Below, piece after piece: positions 14,262 through 26,667 of a stretch of 64,000 nucleotides of DNA (positions within the stretch are counted from its first letter, which is position 1; every line of letters begins with the position of its first letter). Origin of the DNA: Octopus vulgaris. Its lineage: Eukaryota. The DNA lies in contig OX597819.1 in assembly GCA_951406725.2 (NCBI GenBank), positions 62,744,001 through 62,808,000 of the forward strand, in the 5' to 3' direction. The notes under the pieces were generated by a model that saw nothing but the letters and a program-made list of their open reading frames with translations, searched no databases and had not been told where the DNA came from. A program made the position numbers and the translations under genes.

Positions 14262-14489
14262 TATTTACATATGTAGATATATATGTATATGTATATATAT
14301 ATATGTTTATATGTGTCTATAAATTTATATGTGCATATATATATGTATATATATGTTTATATATGCATATGTATTTATATATGTATATATATATATATAT
14401 ATATATACATATATCAACATATATATATATATATGTATATATATGATATGATATAATATAATATAATGTAATATAATATATATATTATA

Positions 14490-14525
<36 letters not shown>

Positions 14526-14574
14526 TATATCCACACAAATATATAGTTGTATGTATATTCATATGTAAGTATTA

Positions 14575-14609
<35 letters not shown>

Positions 14610-14660
14610 TATATCCACACAAATATATAGTTGTGTGTATATTCATATGTAAGTATTAAT

Positions 14661-14732
<72 letters not shown>

Positions 14733-14755
14733 TTATATATAGATAAGAAAGTTTG

Positions 14756-14851
<96 letters not shown>

Positions 14852-15167
14852 ACTTGTGTATTCACACACATACACACACATATATATAGGAACGGAAGCA
14901 AATATAGAAATATGAATATCTTTGTGTGTTTGATGTGCGTGTGTTTGTGTGTAAGTCAAATAAGTGTGTATGTGTTTTTGTGTGTGTGTGTGGTTCTGTA
15001 TCTGTGTGCAAGCAAATACACATACAATTGTTTCTTTGTTTGGCTTCCCATTAAATTTAATCTTTCGTTATTCGAAAGTCAAATACTTAGACAGCTTAAC
15101 AATAAACACGTCTCCATCTTTGGACAGTTTTGTAAGCAATGGAGGAGATAGCTGGCTAGAAAGAGAC

Positions 15168-15252
<85 letters not shown>

Positions 15253-15494
15253 TATATATAGATATATAGATTCAAAAATGAGAGACTGATAAACCAAAGA
15301 AGAGAAAGATATAGAAGCTATTGAGCGTGGTAAAAATTGTAAAGGGGTGAGCAAACCATGACATAGATTTATATAAATTGACCGATAGACGAATGAATGT
15401 ATAAATAATGTTTGGATGTGCTATACTGGAGTTCTAGCGAAACTATCAGCTAAAAGAAACCGAATACCACCTTATTATTTTGGAGGAGTGAAAT

Positions 15495-15650
15495 TGCGTG
15501 GCTGAGTTGTTAAGGCGATGTACTCACGATCGCAAAATTGTGGCTTAAATTTCCGGACCGGGCTGTGCGTTGTACTCTTCTGTAAGAGACTTCATTTCAT
15601 GCTGTCTGAATCCATTCAGCTGTAAGCGGGTAATCTTGCTACCGACTGGG
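15495..15650 (+). mobile_element. SINE family D head (degenerate)
   Basis: GCGTGGCTGAGTTGTTAAGG...CTCACGATCGCAA...CCGGGCTGTGCGTTGT, similar to 30282-30385. Confidence 0.55.
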
Positions 15651-15894
15651 GTCAGTGCTGTGACCTTGGTCCATTTACCGGGTTACCTGCTCTGTGAACC
15701 GTAAGACTCGTATTATGTTTAGGAGTTGTCAAGTTTATCTACATTTAATATGTTACCATCTTGTATATTGCAGTTTAAATTATCCACGTGATGGTTATGA
15801 CTGGAGCGCTTATGATCAAAAGTCTTGTTACTCAGGGTTAACCGGATGTCGGATCCTACCGAACAAAACCTCTGTCTAGTGTGGTAGTTCAATG

Positions 15895-16010
15895 AAAGTT
15901 AAGAGGCAAAGACTACCTCAGCAGAATTTGAACTCAGAACGTAAACACGGACGAAATACCACAAATCAGTTTGCCCGGTGTGCTAAAGATTCTGCCAGGT
16001 CACTGCCCTA
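15895..16010 (-). mobile_element. SINE family A 5' fragment
   Basis: GAATTTGAACTCAGAACGTAAA...CCCGGTGTGCTAA. Confidence 0.65.
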
Positions 16011-16663
16011 TCGTACACGCTTTATAATATTTCCACTTGTCACTCCGTTACTTAGCCCAACCGTAACGCTTTCGCGTGATTAGTTGAAGGGAGACGGATG
16101 CGGGTGGGGAAAGAGAGGGGAGGTGCAGGTGGTTGTAAGTGAAATATGTTTTTTTTAACTAAGATTTTTTTCTTTCATTACTTAGCCTTTCACGTGATTA
16201 GTTGAAGGGAAAGGTGAAGAACGAAAGAAAACGAGAGTGAAAAATACGCTAAGGCGAAGAGTCAGAGAGAAAGAGGGAGAGTGTTGTGTAATAAGTCTAT
16301 AAAATTGTACATAAATTATATAAAGTCCATCAAATAATCATCGCATTACAATTTCCTTCACTTTTTAATGATTAGCAGTTGAGCGACTATCTTTTGACAC
16401 AGACACAACACAGGCTACGCTTTCAGGATTTTTTTGAATAAATTTTTCAGAAATATCTCAGTAGGTTTACTATTAATGCCGTGAAATATTCATGGGTCCC
16501 GTTAGTACATATTTATATTCTAGTCAGGAAGCTTTTGCCACATATGCTAAAGAACGCTGCGACGTTAATGGGAAAAGAAGTTAAGTCGTGCTATAGATTA
16601 ACTCATCTACCTGCGTAATTCACGTCGCGATTTGAACTAACAACATAGAATATCATTATTCGA

Positions 16664-16724
16664 TGTTGGTTAAGAGCGCGGGCTACTGACCTCAAGATTC
16701 CGAGTTCGATTCCAGGTAGTGACC
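16664..16724 (+). mobile_element. tRNA-derived SINE head (same family as 891-956)
   Basis: GGTTAAGAGCGCGGGCTACTGACCTCAAGATTCCGAGTTCGATTCCAGGTAGTGACC. Confidence 0.65.
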
Positions 16725-17218
16725 GGACCAAAAAATTGGTACGACTACAAAGCTGAAGGAATCGTCGAAAACAGAAATGCAAAGATTCTATGGGATTTTA
16801 TGATTCAGCGCGACCATGAGATAGAAAATAGAAAGTCTTAATTGAGAAAGAAAATTAACTATGCTGGATCATAAGCATGGTATGCGATAACCTTGACAAC
16901 AATGTATGCGATAAGGAAGAAAGAAAAGTCGAGAGATATGACAGTTTAGCTTGGGAGGTTAAGCAGTTGTGGTCGATGAAAAAGGTGTTAGTAGTACCAA
17001 TAATTGTCGGAGCAAAAATCTCGAGACGTACGTGGAACAAATAGGGGCTGCAATAAGGATCGACTACTTGCAGAAAGCAGCGGTGCTTGGAACCACTCGA
17101 ATACTCCGGAAGGTGCTCGAAAATTAAGAGGTGTTACATTAGTTCACTGGTAGGGAACAGCTGACACTGTAGTACACTGTAGAACAGCTGAAACTGTAGT
17201 TAGGATCTGTGCAAAGGC
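16725..17218 (+). mobile_element. R4/Dong-clade LINE 3' fragment (RLE endonuclease region)
   Basis: Translates to WYDYKAEGIVENRNAKILWDFMIQRDHEIENRK...KVERYDSLAWEVKQLWSMKKVLVVPIIVGA...LQKAAVLGT; ends in (AAT)n. Confidence 0.75.
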
Positions 17219-17246
17219 AATGATGATGATAATAATAATAATAATG

Positions 17247-17304
<58 letters not shown>

Positions 17305-17315
17305 CAACAACAACA

Positions 17316-17497
17316 TCGAAAAATACCTTATGGGTGAGAATCCAGGTTCGAAATTTCCCCAAGACAACTGATGAAGGCTGGAGGGTATATCAGCCGAAAC
17401 GTTGTGTTAACAACAACAATATGAGGACAAATATCCGTCAAATGTAAATAATGTAAAATAATGTACATAATTCCTCATCTCTTAAATATAGAACTGT
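17316..17497 (+). mobile_element. Hammerhead-bearing repeat tail (H1 family; HHR 17363-17408)
   Basis: CTGATGAA-GGCTG-GAGGGTATAT-CAGCC-GAAA-CG-TT-GTGTT; homologous to 1064-1245. Confidence 0.7.
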
Positions 17498-17979
17498 ATT
17501 ATCAAATATCATGATAAATATTGCGAAATATTCTGAGAAGCCCCAATGATACTGCCAGTTTGCTCACACATATATTTATGTAAGAATGTCTGTATATGTA
17601 TGTATGTATGTATGTATGTCATTGTTTAGTTTTATTTCAAGATTTCTTGCCCAATAGAGATAGAGTCGATTTCTAACCTAGACCCAAGGTTTCTTCATTG
17701 GAATTTCAACATCAAGATATATATGTATGCATGTATGTACCTATATATGTATGTATGCATATGTGTATGTATACTTGTAAGAATGGCCGCGGCCTTTGGG
17801 CTAAAACATTTTTAAGGATTTAAGGATTTATATATGTATGGATGCATCTATGAGTATATGTATGTATTTATGAATATATCTATATATGTATAACTAATCA
17901 CTTATCCCTCTGTGTATGTATCTCTCCAAATAATATGTAGCCATGCTTAAGCGCCGCCATTTCATATCTGTCTGTCTGA

Positions 17980-18040
<61 letters not shown>

Positions 18041-18088
18041 ATCTTTGTATGATATATAATATATATATGTAAGTATAAATGGATATGC

Positions 18089-18137
<49 letters not shown>

Positions 18138-18540
18138 CAAGGGTGAAATAAAATTATTTCTATGTCAATATGCTGATAACTGACTTTTAAATCGTCAATT
18201 TCCACATATTATATACCCACTACAGAAATACGTTGTGCTGAAATCAAGGAAAGCTAGCCAACAGAATTTAAAAAAAAAGTTCGTTATTTCTATATTGAAT
18301 CAATTTCGGAATTAATCTCATAATAGATGTTTTCTTCGTCAGTAGAAAATACGAATAGAAATACATGAAATACTTACATGCGCCCATGGAAAAAAAGCTG
18401 AAGCAAAAGTCATGAGTACACATTAGTACTTAAGTGCCGACACTTTATGACCTATTTTTAAAAGAAATTCCGTCATCAACCGCTGTAGTAAGGTGGTGTT
18501 CAGGCTGATAATGGGATTGATGACAGTGATGACAATAATA

Positions 18541-18579
18541 ACCTTAAGATTCCGAGTTCGATTCCAGGCAGTGACGTGA
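18541..18579 (+). mobile_element. Truncated tRNA-derived SINE head
   Basis: AAGATTCCGAGTTCGATTCCAGGCAGTGAC followed by (AAT)n. Confidence 0.6.
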
Positions 18580-18585
18580 ATAATG

Positions 18586-18674
<89 letters not shown>

Positions 18675-18675
<1 letters not shown>

Positions 18676-19494
18676 CAAAAGAAATAGACAAAGAAAAATC
18701 CCAGCAATGGTTGAGAAGCTCAGGACTCAAAGCAATGACAGAGGGATTTTTAATTGCAGCACAAGACCAAAGCCTCCCCACCAGAAATTACCAAAAACAT
18801 GTAATGAAAAGAAATATAACAAGTAACTGCAGAATATGTGGAGATGGACAAGAAACAATAAATCATATTATCTCTAGCTGCCCAGTCCTGGCTAAGAAGG
18901 AATATATTCACAGACATGACAGAGTTGGAACCTACATACATTGGAAGCTATGCCAACATTATGGAATAACAACAGAAAAAAGATGGTATAGGCACACACC
19001 AGAAAATGTCACAGAAAACGAGAAAGCAACCATACTCTGGGATATGCCGATACACACAGATAGAGAAATTAAGGCCAACAGACCATATATAGTTGTCAGA
19101 AATCACGAAGAAAAAAATGCTTTCTAATTGATGTATCAATACCGGCAGATGACAACGTGTCTCTAAAAGAAATGGAGAAACTTTCAAAATACAAAGACCT
19201 GGAAATAGAGGTAACTAGAATGTGGAATCTGAAAACAGAAACAATTCCTATCATATTAGGTGCATTAGGCATGATAAAAAAATATTCAGACAAATACATA
19301 ACAAAAATACCAGGACTTACAAACACATATACCATACAGAAAATTGCACTACTAGGCACTGCACACATCCCACGCAGAACAATTTCCATACAATAACGAT
19401 CAGAGCATCACAACAAATCACAGCACATACCCAAGGCACACAGAGCTGCGCTCGGTAGTGAAGTGAAAGCACGCTATAAAAAATAAAACTACTG
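18675..19494 (+). mobile_element. R4/Dong-clade LINE, 5'-truncated, one frameshift, inserted in (AAT)n
   Basis: QWLRSSGLKA, AAQDQSL, CRICGDGQETINHIISSC zinc knuckle, RHDRVG, KANRPYIV, KLSKYKDLEIE; frameshift in the A-run near 19115. Confidence 0.9.
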
Positions 19495-19516
19495 AATAAT
19501 AATAATAATAATAATA

Positions 19517-19974
19517 GGCTACAGCAAATATTCTACTCAATACCACAGATTTGCTTGTCTGTTGTTTGACCATAACCAATTGAGCATGCCCCTTATCAGC
19601 TGACAATATGTGCATTTCTGATTACGAGTAGAAGTAGTCGGGGGAACATCATGACCATGTGTTGAGAGGAATTCTTTGGGGTTTGAGTAATTCACCGCTG
19701 GAAACATAGGTATTTTGTTCATCATCCTTAAACAACTCTAATTCAGGGAACTTTTGAGTGGAATGGTCTACTTGAGGCAAACGGGCTTCTAACTGAGCCC
19801 CACCTGCAAGGTCATGTGCTGTTAATCTTGATATGAGATCACCATGTCACGTACATATGGTCGCAATGTATGTGCCTAGTGTACCTTTATCAGACGGGTA
19901 GTCATGATGGGAATACTGGGCTTCGTATATTTTACCCTAGTGTCACTATGATGGTATTCACTGCTCTCTCACTC
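19517..19974 (+). mobile_element. Unclassified non-coding interspersed repeat X, embedded in (AAT)n
   Basis: Homologous to 22208-22665 and partly to 31130-31197; ends CTGCTCTCTCACTC(AAT)n. Confidence 0.75.
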
Positions 19975-20051
<77 letters not shown>

Positions 20052-20053
20052 TG

Positions 20054-20151
<98 letters not shown>

Positions 20152-20152
<1 letters not shown>

Positions 20153-21996
20153 GTGACTCAAGGTGACTCACTTTCACCTTTAATATTTTGCATAGCCCTA
20201 ATATCCCTTACAAGTGAATTAAACAGAACAGGGTATGGGTATAAAATTGCCAATAAAAAAATAAGCCATCTATTTTATATGGATGACTTAAAACTTTATG
20301 GTAAAGACAATAATGAACTTGAAGGCCTATTGCGCACCGTGAAAGCATTCAGCGATGACATCGGGATGGAGTTTGGAATTGAGAAGTGTGCCAAGGCCAC
20401 TTTCCAGAAAGGGAAAGTGAAGACCACAAATTCAGTCGTGTTAGATGTTGACACAGTCATAAGAGAGCTTGAGGAAGAACAAACATACAAATATTTAGGG
20501 ATAAATGAAGGCTCTGGTATTCAGCATGCAAGCATGAAAGAGAAAATCCGGAAGGAATGTTATAGGAGAGTTCGTGCAGTCCTGAAATCTGAACTAAATG
20601 CACGTAACAAGGTGTTAGCTATAAATTCCTTAGCAGTTCCAGTTGTTACTTATAGCTACAATGTGTTGAACTGGAATATGAGTGAAGTAAAGAATATAGA
20701 TAGGAAAATACGCAAGCTGCTGAGTTGTAATAGGATGCACCACCCAAAGGCAGACGTAGATCGCCTTTACCTTCCCAGAGCCCAAGGAGGTCGAGGCCTG
20801 ATCCAATTTGAACTAGCTTACAAAACAACCACAATTGGACTGGCCAAATATCTCGAAATATCGAATGACTGGATGCTAAAGCTCGTGGAAAATCACGAGA
20901 GACGAAAGAAGCTTCATTCTATCATAAAGGAAAGCAAAAAATTTGCTATTGATCTCGTGCAGGATACCCAAACTGAACAACCCGAGGGAAGTACGGCAAC
21001 TATTGTTGCAAAGAAGGTGAAAATGATGGCAATGAAAAAAGCGCACGAGCAATTGGCTGATAGGTGGGAGGAGAAACCTCTGCACGGCAAATATTTGACC
21101 CGCAGCAAACAAGTTGATGTTGACCAGAAGCAAACCCATCAGTGGCTACGGAGCTCAGGGCTAAAAGCAGAGAGCGAAGGTTTCAACCTGGCTGCTCAAG
21201 ATCAAAGCCTATTAACCCGGAACTACCAGGCCAATGTGATGAAAAATGGAGCAGACCCAAAATGCCGATTCTGCAACGACATGATTGAAACAGTGGACCA
21301 CCTAATCTCTGGATGTAAAGTCTTAGCACCAGTGGAGTATAAATTAAGACATGACAGAGTTGGCCAATATCTCCACTGGCTAATAAGTCGGCATTACAAT
21401 ATCAAAACTGCCGACAAGTGGTATAATCACCACCCTGAGGCTGTAACTGAAGGAGAAAATGTAACCATTCTGTGGGACTTTCCAGTACATACAGACCGAA
21501 CCATCAAGGCCAATAAACCAGATATTGTTGTGAAAGACCAAAATAATAAAGTTTGCTTATTGATCGACATGAGCATCCCCTGTGATCATAATATCTCAGC
21601 GAAAGAGTTTGACAAGCTCAGAAAATATAAAGACCTACTCATTGAAATTGAGAAAATGTGGCATCTCAAGGCGGTTACAATACCAGTGATCGTAGGAGCA
21701 CTAGGAATGATCAAGAAGGGAACCGAAAATTATATGAGAATGATCCCTGGCTTACCATCCCTGCAAGAAGTGCAAAAGATTGTCTTAACTGGTACATCAC
21801 ACGTATTGAGAAGAGCATTGTCGATGTGAGAACTGTTGCTGCTCATGTATTTTAATTTAACTTGAAAAAAAAAAAAATGAACGAACTATTGAGTTTGGTT
21901 TAATGGCCTACCAATGTATACTATGAGTTTCTTTGCCCTAGGAGTCGGGAAGACACTCGGCAAGAAATGGAAGCAAATTTGAAAGAAGAAAAAAAA
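20152..21996 (+). mobile_element. R4/Dong-clade non-LTR retrotransposon, 5'-truncated, inserted in (AAT)n
   Basis: Uninterrupted RT-thumb-CCHC-RLE ORF; (AAT)n on both sides; A-rich 3' end. Confidence 0.92.
20159..21829 (+). CDS. Reverse transcriptase (partial) + zinc knuckle + restriction-like endonuclease
   Basis: QGDSLSPLIF, HLFYMDDLKLY, FGIEKCA, YKYLGI, RLYLPRAQGGRGL, CRFC..ETVDHLISGC, RHDRV, KPDIV..LLIDMSIP..KLRKYKDL; the N-terminal poly-I in the ORF track is only the (AAT)n. Confidence 0.92.
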   Translation, partial: QGDSLSPLIFCIALISLTSELNRTGYGYKIANKKISHLFYMDDLKLYGKDNNELEGLLRTVKAFSDDIGMEFGIEKCAKATFQKGKVKTTNSVVLDVDTVIRELEEEQTYKYLGINEGSGIQHASMKEKIRKECYRRVRAVLKSELNARNKVLAINSLAVPVVTYSYNVLNWNMSEVKNIDRKIRKLLSCNRMHHPKADVDRLYLPRAQGGRGLIQFELAYKTTTIGLAKYLEISNDWMLKLVENHERRKKLHSIIKESKKFAIDLVQDTQTEQPEGSTATIVAKKVKMMAMKKAHEQLADRWEEKPLHGKYLTRSKQVDVDQKQTHQWLRSSGLKAESEGFNLAAQDQSLLTRNYQANVMKNGADPKCRFCNDMIETVDHLISGCKVLAPVEYKLRHDRVGQYLHWLISRHYNIKTADKWYNHHPEAVTEGENVTILWDFPVHTDRTIKANKPDIVVKDQNNKVCLLIDMSIPCDHNISAKEFDKLRKYKDLLIEIEKMWHLKAVTIPVIVGALGMIKKGTENYMRMIPGLPSLQEVQKIVLTGTSHVLRRALSM

Positions 21997-22034
21997 TAGT
22001 AACAATAATAATAATAATAATAATAATAATGATG

Positions 22035-22067
<33 letters not shown>

Positions 22068-22109
22068 GAACTACTGAGTTTGGTTTAATGGCCTACCAAA
22101 TAATAATAA

Positions 22110-22665
22110 ATGCCCTGATGCAGTACCAGGCAGTGGCTCTCATGGCTTCTGATCTTAACTGATTGGAAGTGTTATCATGTACATTGTTTTGTCTTGGTAT
22201 AAAAGATGGGCTACAGCAAATATTCTGCTCAATACCACAGATTTGCTTGTCAGTTGTTTGACCTTAACCAGTTGAGCATGTCCCTTAGTGGCTGACGATA
22301 TGTGCATCTCTGATCACGAGCAGAAGTAGTGGGGGAGCATCATAGCCATGTGTTGAGAGGGATTCTTTGGGGTTTGAATAGTTCACCTCTGGAAACATGG
22401 GTGGTTTTTTCAACATCCTTAAACAACCATTATTCAGGGACCGTTTGAGCGGGATGGGCTACTCAACCTGAAGAAAATTCTAACTGGGCCCCACCTGCAA
22501 GGTCATGTGCTGTTTATCTTGATATGAGATCACCATGTCGCGCACATATGGTTGGGATGCATGTGCCTGGTGTACCTTTATCAGACGGGTAGTCATGATG
22601 GGTATATTGGGCTTCGTATATTTTACCCCAGTGTCACTTTGATGGCATGAACTGCTCTCTCACTC
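22110..22665 (+). mobile_element. Unclassified repeat X, longest copy
   Basis: Starts TGCCCTGATGCAGTACCAGGCAGTGGCT like 31042; 3' part matches 19517-19974. Confidence 0.75.
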
Positions 22666-22692
22666 AATAATAATAATAATAATAATAATGAT

Positions 22693-22727
<35 letters not shown>

Positions 22728-22769
22728 CAACAACAACAACAAAAACAACAGCAACAACAATAATGATTT

Positions 22770-23630
22770 CATCTATTTGTCACAAGTGCGAGGGATGAGG
22801 AGGACAGTATAAAGACAGTACAAAGTGTGGGTGTTTTCTTATGACAGGGTCAAAAAATGAAAAGATGAATACACGGTATACACTGGGAAATAAGGGACAT
22901 ATGCATAACATTAAAAATGTAGCGGGGAGGATGTTAGAGATGTGGCGCTCCTGATGCAGGAAGGCCTCTAGGGGTAATCGAGGAACACCACTGTTCGAAA
23001 TTTCCTTGAAACTCCTGTGCCCTCTACAGTTCCTTCTCTCCTACTCACACGTCTACACTTACCATTTCGCAAATTTCACCCTCCTTTCAATAAACTTACT
23101 CAAGGACAGCACTTCTCTCCCAACTCTCAAATATCCTTTTCAAGTGAAACTTGAAGAAGTCAATGAGAGCTGTACCAAAGAGATCTGTATCTCTCCTCAG
23201 CCTTGTCCCCAAACAACCTTCCTTTCAGGCTTTTGCCATAGCCATCAGGCAAAGGAAAACTCTCTTGCCTGCTCGACTGAAGGAGAGCAGCGGTGCAATC
23301 ATCACTACAGACTTGGCCGACAGACCGATCCCTGCCACACGTGACAGCAGCTGTTTGGCATAACTCCACAAGTTAGCAATGCCCGGACACTGAATGAGGG
23401 TGTGCAGAACGGTTTCGTCACTCTGAGCGCACCTCGAGCAATTCCGTCTGAAAGCATATCCGTGCCTGTAGAGTTTGTCTAAAACCAGTAGCGGCTCCAA
23501 ACCCCCACCCCCGCACCACAGCCAGATCAAGGACATTTGAAAATTATCCATGATAGTTCCCAACCGGAAAGTACCCCGGAACAGACTAGCCAGTTCGATC
23601 TCGTCGGCGCCCAGAGTGAGGGGCGGGGAC
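22770..23630 (-). mobile_element. L1/Tx1-clade LINE ORF2 3' fragment
   Basis: CSRCAQSDETVLHTLIQCP (C-terminal CCHC motif) followed by typical hydrophobic C-terminus. Confidence 0.7.
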
Positions 23631-23631
23631 A

Positions 23632-23935
23632 ACTATGAAGATTTGAAGTGGGAAATACATCGTTGTTGGCAATGAAGAGAGTGGACGTGATACCAGTAGT
23701 AACTGGTGCGCTTGGAAGTATCAGCAATCCAATATGGCTCAAAAGGATTAGTACAAATGTATAGATAGAACACCTACAAAAATCATTATTGCTTGGGACA
23801 GCAAGAGATCTCCGCTGGGTCATTGAAGCATGATCAGTAAACAAGTGTCACCTTAGTCTGCTGGTTGTGGGCAGCCGGCACATCCCATCATACCTAGCAA
23901 AATAAGCTGACATTTTTCATCAAATGTTCATAATA
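23632..23935 (+). mobile_element. R4/Dong-clade LINE 3' end fragment
   Basis: YEDLKWEIHR..MKRVDVIPVVTGALG..IEHLQKSLLLGTARDLRWVIEA*. Confidence 0.7.
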
Positions 23936-25689
23936 ATTCTTTCAAATATTGTCACAAAGCTTGAATTTTTGTGGGAAGGGTCTAGACAGTTACATTGACA
24001 CAAGTACTGTTACGTATTTAATCGTTTTTGAAAGGATGTAAGGCAAAGCTGACATCGGCAGGACGTGAACCAAATACTTTAAGAACCAAAAGAAAGACAA
24101 CAAGGTATTTCGCCCTTTGCTCAAACAATTCTGAAATCTAACTGGCACTTTATTGCATCGAACCAGAAAAGAAGAAAGACAAAGTCGACAACCGCGGTAT
24201 TTGAACTAATGACGTAAAGAGCCTGGAGAAGGGTTTGCGATGATGAAGATAATGATGATGATGACGATGACAGCGATGATGATGACATCCAACACAGGTG
24301 CAAATCCATAAATATTTGGATTTAAGTTATAGTCAATTAAATTGATCCAACTAATTGCCTGATACTTTAATCGACCTTTAAAGAACGAAAGGTAATGCTC
24401 GTTCCGGTTGATTTCGAACTTAAAGAATAACATAGTAATTCAACAAACTGAAGACAAAAAGACCTCCAAAAAAAAAAAAACCCCAGTTTAATGAAAGAGT
24501 GAAAACCTAGCATTGTATTGGTAAAAAAAAAGAAGAAACAAACTAATGTTCCATTATTGACATTACTATACCGAGAAACCACAATATTGTGGAAAGGAAC
24601 ACGTAAGGAAGAAAAAAATCTTAAGTGGTTACAACATAGTGTAGCTTTCAAGATTGTGAAGAAGGAGAAAGAGAAGACGAGGAGGAGGAGGAAGAAGAAG
24701 AAGAAGAAGAAGGAGAGGAGGAGGAGAAGAAGAAGAAGAAGTGTGACACTAATAATAGTTGGAACGCTAACATCGTCAGTTTCATTCTACTTCAAAGACG
24801 AAGAGAAAAAGAAAAGCAACACGATAAAAACGCCACGAAGATTTGCATTGCTTAGAACTGATATTATACGAAGGAAAGTATTTCCTGTCTCAAGTCTTTA
24901 AGACTTGATAGAACGATACATTATTTTCACATTATTTTCATTTGACATTAGTCAGCACAAACACTACGTATAGAAACATGAACAGTAGTCAACAGATACA
25001 CTGTGATTACAACTATAAATAAACAGAGGACAAATATATAAACAGAATAACAGCAACAACAAGAACAACAAAAAACGAATATTTTTTTGTAACATAGGCT
25101 CAAAGCAAGGCATTTTGGTGCGTGGCTGCAATCAAGACTATATCAAACAGTATTTAATAAGAGTGTATTTTTTCCAACCAAAGTGTATAACAGATAGTAT
25201 CTAAGTTCGTCTAATAATGATGAAAATGATTTCTGAATTTGGCACAAGAACATACATATTTTAGGAAAGATTTGGGTCAAACGGAACCAAGATTGGGGTG
25301 ACTGACATTTAGCGCTCACTGTCCTCTACATGTCGCGCAGTGCAGTCGGTAGGAATTTCAGTTAGCTGTTCTATAAAGGACTGGCACTGGAAAAGAGCAA
25401 AAACGTATCCACAGAAATTCTGGGTATCGAAGAAAATTGATTGATCTCCGTTGACCTTTTCAGCTTACACTTAGAAATGAAGATGCGGGTAGAGCAGGAG
25501 GCGCTGTCCTCCAGTAAATTTGCTGAAGGGCGAGGTGGCATGCATGGTTTTGACTAAGCAAGCGACTGTTGGTCAGCAAATGACAGCTGAGAAACAAGGA
25601 GAGAGAGAGAGAGAGAGAGAGGGGGAGAGAGAGAGGGGAGAGAGAGAGACAGACAGAGATAGAAATAGAGAAGGGAGAATTTTTATTCT

Positions 25690-26100
25690 TTCAGCGGCGA
25701 TGAGTCTAATCCAGGATCATTGGTGCTGACATTAGCGGGACAGTTGATCTATACTATCCAACAGCGTCCTGAAGGGAGGACCGGTTAAGATGTTCGGAAT
25801 CTGGTTAGATTCAGAACACCAGGTAGATAACAAATGGGATGAAGTGATGAGCCGGATGTCCAACCTCACCAAGAACTGGGCAGGGAAGCTAAAAAAAAAA
25901 TGTAAAATGAAGGTAGCGAACGCTTTCATCGCATCCGATCTCTACTACCGCATAACTTTCATACTTTGTCAGACCACTAGCGTACTTACGCTTCCACTTT
26001 ATGAGGAAGGGACGATTTTTGCTGGCCAGATGATCCATTTGCTGTCAACATCCAATGCACGAAGGTCTGGTCATGTGACAAATGACGCATGGACATGTAT
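25690..26100 (+). pseudogene. Degenerate L1/Tx1-like RT thumb fragment
   Basis: PVKMFGIWLD..W..VMSRM..W..K..VANAFIAS.LYYR resembles the post-RT region of Tx1 LINEs. Confidence 0.45.
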
Positions 26101-26667
26101 TCACTAGTGTTTCCTTGACAGTAAACAGGTTGTTGTTTGTCAGATTCCGTTTATTTGTCCTTTTCTTTTTTATTCTTCAAAACTCACAATTTCAGTGACT
26201 TCTATATTTCTAGCCGCAGATAATTTCTCTTCACCATGCATTTCATACGTCTTCAGAACCTAAATATTTTCTGCTTTTAATGAACTTTTGTTTCCTCCTA
26301 TTTCAGAGCATCTAGAGTATTACCTTGATAGCCGCAAGCGTAAGGCAATGTGAGCTGTTTCCTATTTCTTCTACCAAATTCCTTTGGCTGTATGTTTGTC
26401 CAGTTTTTGAAAAGAAGCAGAGCATATCCATACTGAGGTAGCCCATGCATTGATTTCATTTCCTTAATGCCATTGCCACCAGTAAGTTTTCAGATTGGCA
26501 TAATGGTTGGGATATTAGATTAACTGCTGTGGGTTTCTTATGTTGTTTGAAGATCCTTTTGCTTTCCATCCTTTCGAAGTCAATAAATTGGAAGAGTACT
26601 TGTCAAGTCCTGTTGTCCATGATTGTGTGTGATCCCTAGCCTTCAAAATTCCTGGCCTTGTTCCTAA

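Noticed and set aside
14500-14670. ~84-bp tandem duplication between (TA)n tracts
   Set aside because: Ordinary slippage or unequal-exchange product within microsatellites.
14741-14757. AGATAAGAAAGTTTGTT matching the extreme end of the left Penelope arm (~37717-37733)
   Set aside because: Only 17 bp between (TA)n tracts; suggestive of an abortive insertion but too short to call.
19517-22665. LTR retrotransposon (direct repeats flanking an RT ORF)
   Set aside because: The RT is non-LTR R4/Dong type with RLE; the flanking repeats differ in length, are diverged, lack TG..CA ends, are separated by (AAT)n and occur elsewhere alone.
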